From positions 372,001 through 436,000 of the forward strand of contig NEEC01000019.1 in the NCBI GenBank assembly GCA_002189035.1: a DNA stretch of 64,000 nt. The letters run 5' to 3'. Of this stretch, positions 25,927-36,573 are shown in pieces. The notes under the pieces were generated by a model, which saw nothing but the letters and a program-made list of their open reading frames with translations, made no database searches and was not told the origin of the DNA. The translations under genes and the position numbers were made by a program. Numbering within the stretch: the stretch's first letter is position 1; each line of letters starts with the position of its first letter. Source of the DNA: Utricularia gibba. Its lineage: Eukaryota; Plantae; Magnoliophyta.

Positions 25927-26063
25927 CCGTACTGAAGCAAACAATACATTCAGTTTTGTCTTTTTATCATATGCTGACTAAGTGGTCTCTTTTGCTACTC
26001 GGTTTTCATGGTGCGAGCTGTGTTTTCTAATCCTGCCCACAAACCGTACCCAGCCCTTATGGA

Positions 26064-26585
26064 TAGGGATGAAAGTTAAAGCCCAAGCCCATTGGTCGGC
26101 CCAGCCCGGCCATAAAAAAACATCAAGCTTGGGCCTATACATTGATGACCCGAAAGATTGTCAGGCTTTTTGGCCCGAAGCCCAAAACCCTTAGGGCTGA
26201 TAGCGTGGGACCAATTTAAAAATAGAATTTTTATATATGATAATTATAGTTATTTTTAATTTTGAATAATTTAAATTCATTTTATATATACTATTTTATT
26301 TTAAGTATAAATAATATGAATTAATAATTTATATAAAAATTTTAAATGTTTTTCTATAAATTATTTAAACAATATTAAAATGTATATTAATGTTTAATAA
26401 TTTTTTAAAATTTTTTATTTATTATGTGGTAAGCCCTTGGATCGGGTAGGGCCAGCCCGGCTCTATTAATAATCGGGCTAGGGCCACGTTAATGATCGGG
26501 CTTTAGCTCGGCCCTAGCCCGAAACTTGGTGAGGCTCTCTGAAATAAGGTCGGGCCAGCCCGGCCCGGCCCAACTTTCATCTCTA
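26064..26585. mobile_element. hAT-type MITE
   Basis: TIR TAGGGATGAAAGTT / TAGAGATGAAAGTT (13/14), 8-bp TSD CTTATGGA/CTTGTGGA (7/8), GGCCC-rich subtermini and an AT-rich core. Confidence 0.88.
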
Positions 26586-26833
26586 CTTGTGGATGATGTT
26601 CCTGTTGAATAGGAAATATGAACAAAATGGATCTGCCAAACACAACTAACTCCGCCCTTGGCGCCTCGGTAGCCGCTTGGTTTCCAACTCCTTCCATCTT
26701 CACACAGATAACCTCCCTCGCATTTCCTATTGTCATCCTAACAAAAAAAACCACCATTATTTCCTTGTACACAAGGCTGATGAATGGGCACTCCTCTTCT
26801 CAGGGCAATGCCAAACTCAAACAGAAGAACACC

Positions 26834-28007
26834 ATGAGAATGATGTGCCCGAATTTCGATCGGGACGATGCCTTGGAAACAGTCTTGGAGGTTCCCATAC
26901 CGGAGGAGATGTTCGCCGGTCTCGGAAACAGTGCAGCCCTTCGCTGGCAGAACATGGCGACGTGGATGAAAGCGCAGACCCCTGATAAATGGTCATCGCC
27001 AATCATAGCTGGTAGATACAATGAGATGAGTTTCATTTTCTACATCGTGGGTTCCCCTGTTCTGCCTTTTCAAATTCAAGTTGATCGATGCATCCAACGC
27101 CCTGTCAGAAATTCATCCATTGTAAGTTCTTCAATTTGATCCAATTGCTGTGTGTGCCTCATAGGTCGCTTCGATTTAGCGACGATTTGGGGTGTAGGAA
27201 GCTTCAACGGCGAAGTACATTGTTCAACAATACATCGCAGCCACGGGAGGGCAGCCGGCGCTGAACGCCGTCCATGCCATGTGCGTGGTGGGAAGTGTGA
27301 AGATCAGTGGATCCGAGTTTCATCAGGGCAACGAAAACGTGAAAGTGCGAAGTAATCAAGACGTCGGAGGTTTCGTTCTCTGGCAGAAGAACCCGGACCT
27401 GTGGTGCTTGGAGTTTCTAATTGCCGGCTGCAAAGTCATCTCCGGGAGCAATGGTAGAATCTCATGGCGGCAGTCTTCCAATCAACAAAGAACCATTTCG
27501 AAAGGCCCCCCACGTTCCCTCCGCCGCTTCCTACAAGACCTGGATCCACGCGCCACCGCGAATCTGTTCATAGATGCGGTCTGCATCGGGGAAAAGATCA
27601 TCAACGACGAAGATTGCTTCATCCTGAAACTGGAAACGAGCCCTGCCATGCGCGAAGCCCAAAGTGGTCCCAAATACGACATAATTCATCACACGATATG
27701 GGGATACTTCAGCCAGCGATCTGGGTTGCTGGTGAGATTCGACGACTCGAGGCTAATTTCAGTGAAAACAAGCAAGGAGGACGGAGACGTGTTCTGGGAA
27801 TCCAGCACGGAGTCGGTGATCGAGGATTACAAATACGTGGATGGGGTGAACATTGCGCACGGCGGGAAGACAGTGTTTACGGTGATGAGGTACGGGAAGC
27901 AATCGGCGAATCACAAGAGGGAGTCCGTGGAGACATGGAAGCTGGAGGAGGTGGATTTCAATGTCGCTGGATTGAAGCCCCAGTTCTTCATGCCTCCCTC
28001 AGATTGA
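26834..28007 (+). CDS. DUF620 family protein, ~365 aa
   Basis: Exons 26834-27121 and 27198-28007. CPNFDRDDALETVLEVPIPEEMF, EASTAKYIVQQYIAATGG, GGFVLWQ and IWGYFSQRSGLLV. Confidence 0.9.
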
Positions 28008-28509
28008 TTGCACCAACACGTTCAGGTCAACTTTGTATAGTCCGTACAGTTGCACCAGGATGACGACTAGACGTGGGCATGGGTATGGGTCAACCCGGGT
28101 TAACCGTGAGTTGACCCGTATGAAATGGGTACGAGTTACTCATACTCGTGAAAAATAAATACGAGTCGAGTCGATGAATTTCGACTCGAGTAACTCGTAA
28201 AAAAATGAATAATTTATAGTACAAATTATTCTGAGCCCAATAATTACTCTAAGCCCAATCATTTTTCTTAGTTATTAACATCACTTTACTCATATTATTC
28301 TTTCTTCAGAAATCTTGAAATTTTGCATTCTTCCATCTTTCATATTCAATTCAAAGTTCGAACGATTTTCTTCTCCAATCTATATTTCATTCTCTTGCAA
28401 CAACACAAAGCCCATATCTGAAATCCGTTTGTTTTCCTTTTTTTTCGAAACCCTAGCTGAGAACCAAAGAGTTGTTCGTATTTTGATTTTACCTTTTCCA
28501 TTTGATTTA

Positions 28510-30511
28510 ATGGCACACAATTCATTGAATCAATCAATTCCGTCACCTTTGCCTGAAGTGGATGAATCATCAATTGGTGGAGAAAGCCGGACAGATTCTA
28601 CATCAACCAAAAGAAAGGGAGGCGGTGTGTGGCGTGAGCATTTCGAGCATGATACAGTAAAAAAAAATGGTAATTTGTAAATATTGTCGTAAGGGGTATG
28701 AGCATGGTAAGGGTAATTCAACTACAAATTATAATCGTCATGTTATGAATAAGCATCCTGGTAGATGGTTGGGTAAGGATGGAGAGGGAAATCTTAGACA
28801 GAGTACTTTGAATGTTTTAAATGGTAATATTTCTACTTCTGCAAAGTTTTCTTTTGATTTGTATAAAACTCAAATTGATTATGTGCTTACATTAATTACT
28901 AGTGAACTTCCTTTTTCTGAAGTAGAAAATCCAATCATGCAATATTTTTTTAAAACACGTATGCAGCCATAGTATTTATCGTTTTCTAGAAGAAAAGCCG
29001 TTAGAATTGCATTTCAACAATTTGAGGAAAAAAAGGCTTGTTTGATTTCTTTATTTCAGTCTTTGAAATGTAAATTTGGATTAACAGCGGATTGTTGGCG
29101 TGGTAGGAACAAGGAGGATTATATGGTAGTTACAGCTAATTGGATTGATGATAAGTGGCTTATGCAAAAAAGAATTCTGGCATTTAGACAATTTGATACT
29201 CCTCATTCAGGTGCTAGGATTGCTGAGTTAATTACAGATATTTGCATGGAATATTGTATTGTTGATCGTATTTTTTCAATGACTCTTGATAATGCTTCTA
29301 ACAATTCTTCTGCAATTTCAGCATTGAAAACGTCAATGAATCCCATTCTACAAGGTTCTTTTTTTCATTCTCGTTGTGCTTGCCATATATTGAATTTATG
29401 TTTACAAGATGCTTTTATGTTAGATGATTTTAGTCATGTTCTTGGAACCTTTCGAAAGTTAGTTAATTTGATGAAAAAATGTAGTCCTAAAAGAGCTATG
29501 TTTAAGCGAATTTGTAAATCTCAAGGTATTCCATATAGAACTTTTAAGGGTGATTGTTCAACTAGGTGGAATTCTACACTTCGTATGATTAATTCTTTAT
29601 TACCTTACAAGCACATTATTCCATCTTTTATATCAATGCATGTTGATCCTGTGATTGAGTTAGATTCTATGATTTTTACTAAACTTGAATGTTTATGTGA
29701 TTTGTTATCTACCTTTGAGAAATTTACATATTCGCTTAGTGGATCATACTATCCTACTACTCATTTAGTGTTGCCTGCTTTAGTTAGTATCTCTATAGCT
29801 TTCAAAAAATGTCTTGATACAGGATTTCTTACAGAAGTTGTTCATACTATGGTTGAAAAATTTGCCAAATATTTTCAAAATATTCCTATTTTATTTCTTG
29901 TGTCTAGCATTCTTGATCCGAGGGTGAAAGCTTCCGGTTTGCAAGCAGGTTTAAAAATGTATTGTGATTATGTTATTTCTCTTGGACTTCCGAATATTGA
30001 GCCTAATGTTTTGCTTATGTATGATTTAGCTATTAATGCTTTGAATCATTTATATGATTTATTTGAGATTGAGTTTGGTAGCTCAAGCACTAGAACAGGG
30101 ATGGATGCATATGCTTCAAGTGGGTCAAATGACTTCTATGTCATGGTGTCTGCGTCTCCAAGTGCTCTTTCGAAAGGTAGTGAAGTTGCTTTATATAATG
30201 CAATTCATCAGGAAAAGCCTAAAGGAGATGAATTTGATATATTGGGATGGTGGAAGAGTCAAATGTCTACTTATCCTATATTGGCTACAGTTGCAAAAGC
30301 TGTTTTTACAACACCAGCTTCTACTGTTGCTAGTGAGAGTGCTTTTAGTTTAGGTGGCCGCATCCTAACTCCTCATCGTGAGAGCTTGGCAAACAGCACA
30401 TTGGAGGTATGTGTCTGCTTGAAAGACTCAGTGGCCACTGATTTGAGATTACATAATATCACGATGGATAAATGGGATGATGATGTCTCAGAGAGTTATG
30501 AAATTGATTAA
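28510..30511 (+). pseudogene. hAT transposase (BED finger, DDE, C-terminal dimerisation domain) with two lesions
   Basis: VWREHF..VICKYC..HVMNKH, LTADCW, TLDNASNN, TRWNST, ILGWWK and ASESAFS. Frameshift in the A9 run at 28659-28667 and TAG at 28970-28972. The remaining 489 codons are open. Confidence 0.9.
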
Positions 30512-30839
30512 TTTTCTTAATTTTTAGTTTTTATATCTTTTTTATTTAATATTTGTAAAGTGATACTAACAAAAAATAAGTTTTTAACTACGGCTGTGTT
30601 GTACACAGCCAATCCCAAGCCTGGTAAAGGAGGAGGGAAAACACATATGCCTCTCAGAATGGATTGTAGCCCTTGTCCTCGTAGTTGGGTATTTTTGCCA
30701 AAAAAAACGTTCTTTTTCAATTGTATTTTTGCCAGAAACACACCCTAAACGTTATTTTCGTTGGATTTTCTGGTTTGTTCAATTGTAGCTTTTATGGGTA
30801 GAAAATACTTGATTTGATGTTGTTGAGAAATGATTCTCC

Positions 30840-31620
30840 AAAGGTCGTCTAGAGGACCGCTCACAACTTGTTTCTGGTATTCTTGCTGTTCGTCCAACGC
30901 ATGTCTTCAATGCTGTTGGAGTTACTGGAAGACCCAATGTGGACTGGTGTGAGAGTCACAAAACTGAAACGATAAGGATCATTGTTGTTGGTACACTAAC
31001 CTTGGCAGATGTCTGCAGAGAGCATGATATCCTGTTGATAAACTATGCCACTGGGTGCATTTTTGAGTATGATGCTACTCACCCTGAAGGCTCTGGTGTG
31101 GGATTTAAGGAGGAAGACACCCCAAATTTTACTGGGTCTTTTTATTCAAAGACTAAGGCCATGGTAATATCATTTCAGAAACACACACTCCTCCGACCTC
31201 TCACGTCTTCAAAAGTGACTTCTTTCCTCTAACCCTGTACTCGGTTGCTTTCATTTAGGTGGAAGAGCTGCTGAAAGAGTATGACAATGTTTGCACACTC
31301 AGGGTTCGAATGCCCATATCCTCTGACCTAACGAACCCTCGCAACTTCATCACCAAGATCTCCAGGTACAACAAGGTGGTCAATATTCCCAACAGCATGA
31401 CAGTTCTGGATGAGCTTCTCCCGATTTCGATCGAGATGGCATAGCGGAACCTTCGTCGCATATGGAACTTCACCAATCCTGGTGTGGTCAGCCACAACGA
31501 GATCCTCGAGATGTACAAGAAGTACATCAACCCTGAATTCAAATGGACCAACTTCACTCTCGAAGAGCAAGCCAAGGTGATCATCGCTCCCCGAAGCAAC
31601 AACGAGCTGGACATTTCAAG
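30840..31620 (+). pseudogene. Fragment of UDP-4-keto-6-deoxyglucose 3,5-epimerase/4-reductase (UER1 / RHM C-terminal domain)
   Basis: KGRLEDR, GVTGRPNVDWCESHK, GSFYSKTKAM|VEELL, LRVRMPISSDL and NFTNPGVVSHNEIL. Intron 31164-31258 is retained, there is a premature TAG at 31442, and both ends are missing. Confidence 0.92.
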
Positions 31621-32006
31621 AAGCGCTGCTATAGCATACTTCGTTGAGTTGTCTCTTACACAATTGTGTATTTATTAATACAAAAAATAATATATATATA
31701 TAAATAAAAACATAATCACACAACAAATAATTAATTTAAAAATAGAACAATATTTTAAAAAATAAGAAAAAAATACGAGTTGATGAGTTTATACTCGAAT
31801 CAACTCAACAAAACGATGGATAACGAGTCAATTCGGGTATGATACGAGTTGGGGTTCTAAATTAGGATACCCGCCGACTCGTGAACCCGTAATAGAAAAG
31901 AGACTCGACGAGTCTGATTCATTACCCGATGATCAGTTATTTTTATTACCTTTTACTATATTTTTTTATTATGCTAAAAAAGAATATAATATAATTTAAA
32001 ATAAAA

Positions 32007-32521
32007 GGTCAAATTTCATTAGAACCATTAAATTTATCCTCCGTTTTCAATTTTGCCATCAAAGTTTTTTTGTTCCATTAAAACCATTAAACATATCAAA
32101 ATTGTTTAATTTTAAAAATAAACATATAAAATTCATTTTTTATTTATGTAAAGTGATATTTGCATGAATTTAATTAAAGTATAATCCAATTTTTTTGTCT
32201 TTGATTACAAATAAAATGGTTTTTACATTGTTAATAATTTTCGTATAATGATTTAATTATGATTAATTTTTTCAATGAATAAATTTTTTATGATGAAAAT
32301 GAAATCGTATGTATATTAAATGTATTTAGTGAAATTTTATATTAAATCAGATTATATTTTCATTAAATCTGATTTATCATTGTTTTTTTATTCAATTACA
32401 AAAAATCAATTTTTATATTTATTTTGAAATGAAAATTTTTTTATATGTTTAATGGTTTTAATGAAACAAAAAAACTTTGATGCCAAAATTGAAAACGGAT
32501 TATAAATTTAATGGCTTTAAT
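32007..32521. mobile_element. Long-TIR MITE, copy 2 (same family as 12618-13189)
   Basis: Collinear and highly similar to copy 1. It has a ~50-bp internal deletion and the right TIR is clipped. Confidence 0.85.
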
Positions 32522-34296
32522 ATATATGCGATAGATGTAGAGTTCAATAAACAAAAAGAAGATAATTATTAGAAAGCAAAGATCTTACATCGGTTGATCA
32601 TTTTAAGATTTTGTTAGGAATCCAAATAAAAATAAGTTTAATGGTATTAATTTATTTTCATTGTGATTTAGAATTAGGAAAATTGCTTAATAATTCATAT
32701 TGTGTTATCTAAATAACATGATTAATTCTTTAATTTTAAATTATATTTTTTGTCCCCATTCAATTATACTAGACGTCGGCTGCCGCCGGATGCTCGCACC
32801 TGTACCAGCGCCCCACGGAAGTGCGCTCGCCCATTGCCTAATGGCAGTGGTGGCGGCTGGCGATGCGATGCGATGCAATCAAGGGCGGTGGACCCGGTCG
32901 ACGGGTGACGGCGTGGGCGACGACCGGCATGCGATGGGGCGGATGGCAGGCACGGCTAACAGGCGATGGCGCAGGTGGCGGTGGTCACATATAATAAGTT
33001 TTAATTTTACCAAATTATGAAATAATGTGAATCAAATATATACAGTTTGTAAATATTGAGAATCATTTATAAGTGAGGTTTAAAAATATAGACAAAAAAT
33101 AACTGAATTAAAAAAATTAAAAATTAAATATATTTGATATGTTAAAATTATGTCCATTTTCATTAAACATTAGGGATTAACCATATCAATTTTAGAAATA
33201 GCAAGAATGTGTACCGTTGAATGGCCATTTAGAATTATATCATAATTTTTATAAAAAAAAAATCAAATGATCGATAAAAAGCACGAGTAAGTGCATTTCT
33301 ACAATAATCATATTTCCCAAAATACAATAAATTCGATATTGCTCATGTATATTATAATATTAAAAAAATGCTAATAATTGTTCAGATTAAATGGGGAAGA
33401 AACGATCAAAAGAAATTGAATATGGAGTCATATAAAAAGGCTCAACATAATTAATCCTCTTCACACCTAAACAATTATTAAATGACCATTCCAACGACTA
33501 ATCTAATTACTGGATTCACAACATTGAAGAGGTTTGTGGAATGGAAACTGCAAAATCTTAATTTCCCTTCTTTAATTATTTTTTTTGGAAAATGGAAAGT
33601 CTTTGGTAACTAATCGCTCTATATGACTTTTAATCCTTCCTTATTTCAATGCACGCATAGCCTACCTTTAATTTTGCCAGAGTCAACTTTAAATTATTTA
33701 TTTATTGATATAAAATACAAATAAAATCAAAAAAGGAAACAAATACTCAGTCGTTTGGTGTGAACTTAGGCAACCTTTGACGTCCCTATGTCGGTTTGCT
33801 CCGACCTAAAATTGGTACGAACAGTGAAAAAAAATATTTCTTATTTTTTAATATTTGGAGGTAATTAATGTTTGGAAGTACTATAACGTTATTAAATCCA
33901 ATTTAATTGTCTATAAAAAAAATGAACGCAAATATATAATTAAATCGAGAAATTGATTTAACTCGTTTTTAAAATGGTATTCGTAAGTAAACGCAGATAG
34001 GGCTTTCGTTGGAAAATATTTTTTCCAGACGCGTAGTTGAAGAATAAACACGCGTAGCTATCAAACACAAAGAAGGAAAGAAAGTGGTTAAGTCGTGCCT
34101 GAATGTTCAGGTAATATTCACACATGGGTCTATCAAATAGACCCGTATTTTCAATTACCATCGTAATATAGCAACAGATTATTAATTACTTTATTACACG
34201 TAATTGCATCACAGGTTTATATTGAAAAATATTTACTTTTTCCCTCTTATATAAAGACAATCGCCACACGCGCAGGGTTACACCAACGGAGCAAAA

Positions 34297-35177
34297 ATGG
34301 TTTCTGCTGCAAAACTGCAGTTGCTTGTGTTCGTAGTGTGTTCGGTTTTTGCGCAAGTGGCATTCGGTAATAAGTTTTTTGTTTTTCTTACTCATGATGC
34401 ATTCGATCGATGAGGTAAGTATAGTTTTAGTTAGTTTTCGGTGTCTGAAATTTGCAGGCGAGGTGGCATGCGAGAGCTTGCCTACGGATCTGTGCGCCTT
34501 CGCGGTGGCTTCGTCGGGGAAGAGATGCGTGCTTGAGAACTACGTTGACCGGAGGAAGGGGGAATTCAAGTACGCCTGCGAGACATCGGAGGTGGTGGTT
34601 GAGTCGATCTCCGGCCACATCGAGGCCGATAGATGCGTGGCGGCATGTGGAGTTGACAGGAAATTCGTCGGGATTTCGTCGGACGCCTTTCTCACGCCGC
34701 CGTTCGTGTCTAGCCTCTGCTCCGCCGCGTGCTACGAAAACTGCCCAAACATCGTTGATCTCTTCTTCAACCTGGCCGCCGGGGAAGGTACAGCCACCAC
34801 TCAGACTAGACCATGCTCGTATTTATTAAAACAAAAATTAGTCAAATTCTATGTATTAAAAAATTCAATATTTTACTGATCATAAAATCCAAAATTGACA
34901 TTGCGATGCAGGGGTTTACCTCCCCGCCATGTGTGAAAAGCAGAGGGAGAATCCTCACCGTTCAATGCTGGCGGAAGTCACCAGCAGCGGCGCCGTCGAT
35001 GTTGTCTCCGCCGCCGAGGCCCGGCGGTTGCTGGCGTGTCTTTTGCCCTTAGTAACGCCCCCTCACCTTCCCACTCCCATTTTGATTCTTCATTCCGTTG
35101 CCCTCTTTCTTACCCCTTTTTTGTGTGGCCATGGCAATAAAATGAACGATAGTGTGTCTCTATATTTGTTATTTTAA
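34297..35177 (+). CDS. PAR1 (photoassimilate-responsive) family secreted Cys-rich protein
   Basis: Exons 34297-34366, 34458-34787 and 34912-35177. Signal peptide, CESLPTDLCAFAVASSGKRCVLE and CYENCPNIVDLFFNLAAGEGVYLP. The C-terminus is uncertain. Confidence 0.88.
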
Positions 35178-36084
35178 AATAATTTATTTTAATATGGATA
35201 TTTATTTATCTTATCAAACCCCTCTTTTTGCAGGGGTTTGAGAAGTTGGATGGTTTATTGTTTTCTTTGTAGCCATTTGTTTTAAGAGGGTGGAGATTAT
35301 CTCAGGTTTCAGGCAATTAGGTCCACCTCCTGCATCCATGACTAAATGCAAGGTATAATACTAATATAACTACAGCCGCAATTATGGAGGGCGTCTACGT
35401 AAATTAATAAAAAACGAGGATCCGAATGCTATTTTCCTTAACTTGAAGGTCCAATTTGCAAAACGCGTGTTGGAATGAATCACCCCCTTCGATTTTGTAC
35501 CTCAAACCGTCTTTCGCCTGCGCGCCTAAACCCTAAACATTTTTGCTGAATTTGTTTCAACGCGTCATTGAATTACGTCCAATGAATCGTAAATATCAAC
35601 GAATTGGTTTCAAACCTTTGGTGCTTATAATTAATGAAGGGGGTTCTACAAGTTCATGCATTCTAATTATTCTAATAACTTTCAAAATAAATTATAGACT
35701 ATATTATTTTGTAAATAAAAACTATTTTACAATAATATAATATAAATAAGAATTCATTTGACCTCCAACATTTTGAAATCCTAAAAATGAAAAGTTAGTT
35801 AAAAAATTGAAACAAAGAAGAAAAAAAGATATTATTGAAAACAAAATATTAAAATAAATGTAAAATGGAAACAAATAAAACAGTTCATTTATTTGTTATT
35901 TTTAAGAATGAAAAATAAATTTATTTCTCATTTTACAAACTATTTTTAAAATTACAGAACATTATTTTATTTTATATTTCATTCTGCATCTAATTTTTAT
36001 TTTCCAAAAATTCATTTTTAAAATTCTTACCTGGTCAATTCTGAGAATCAAACTTGGACCCTGGTTTGAATATAAATTACCACT

Positions 36085-36150
36085 TGGGCCCATTCGGCCA
36101 GCCCATTTGTATGCCAAACGACGCCGTTGAACGTATAAAAAGCTAGGGCT
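36085..36150 (+). promoter_or_regulatory. Site II elements plus TATA upstream of the snoRNA pair
   Basis: TGGGCCCA (36085), AGCCCA (36100), TATAAAAAG (36134) and telobox-like TAGGGCTTT (~36144). Confidence 0.55.
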
Positions 36151-36255
36151 TTTTCTTGCGCCATTCCGTTCTTTGCGTGTTTTCGCAAGGTCGTCTGTCT
36201 CCACCTTTTGTTTGCGATCCGATTCTTTCCTTTCTCAATTCTCGTCTTGCGATTC

Positions 36256-36344
36256 GGATCTGTGATGTTTGCACGATTACTGCGTTATCTATCTGAAGTT
36301 CCTTGTTTGGACTTTGAGGATAGCATTTCACCTTACTGAGATCC
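36256..36344 (+). ncRNA. Box C/D snoRNA, probable 25S rRNA methylation guide (snR68/snoR68Y-like)
   Basis: Terminal stem GGATC/GATCC, C box GTGATGT (36262), D' CTGA (36293), C' TTGAGGA (36314) and D CTGA (36336). The guide CTGCGTTATCT is complementary to the recalled 25S motif AGAUAACGCAG. Confidence 0.8.
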
Positions 36345-36398
36345 GTAAATCCGGATTTTCCTTCCACTTCTTCCCCTCCCCGTTTTTTGATGAGCGAT

Positions 36399-36489
36399 GG
36401 CGTCGATGATGAAATGAAATCAAAACGTTATCCTTGCACTTTGATTGTCAGTGAAGAAAACTTAGGGCGAAATTTCATTCTGAGATGCC
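36399..36489 (+). ncRNA. Second box C/D snoRNA, target not identified
   Basis: Terminal stem GGCGTC/GATGCC, C box ATGATGA (36406), D' TTGA (36441), C' GTGAAGA (36451) and D CTGA (36480). Confidence 0.72.
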
Positions 36490-36573
36490 TCCTCCCAGGG
36501 GAAATTCATGAAATTGTGACCTATTTCGTGTAGAGATCCAGAAAAGAAATTCCAGATGAAAGAAATCCAGGTG

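Larger units (their letters stand above)
28068..31939 (+). mobile_element. hAT transposon with captured gene fragment (right end approximate)
   Basis: Left end TAGACGTGGGCATGGG, and ACTCG/CGAGT subterminal repeats at 28100-28200 and 31770-31920. It encodes a transposase. The right TIR is degenerate and no TSD was found. Confidence 0.7.

Noticed and set aside
31925-31950. Clean right TIR and 8-bp TSD for the large hAT
   Set aside because: Similarity to the left end is weak and ATGACGAC is not repeated, so the boundary is left approximate.
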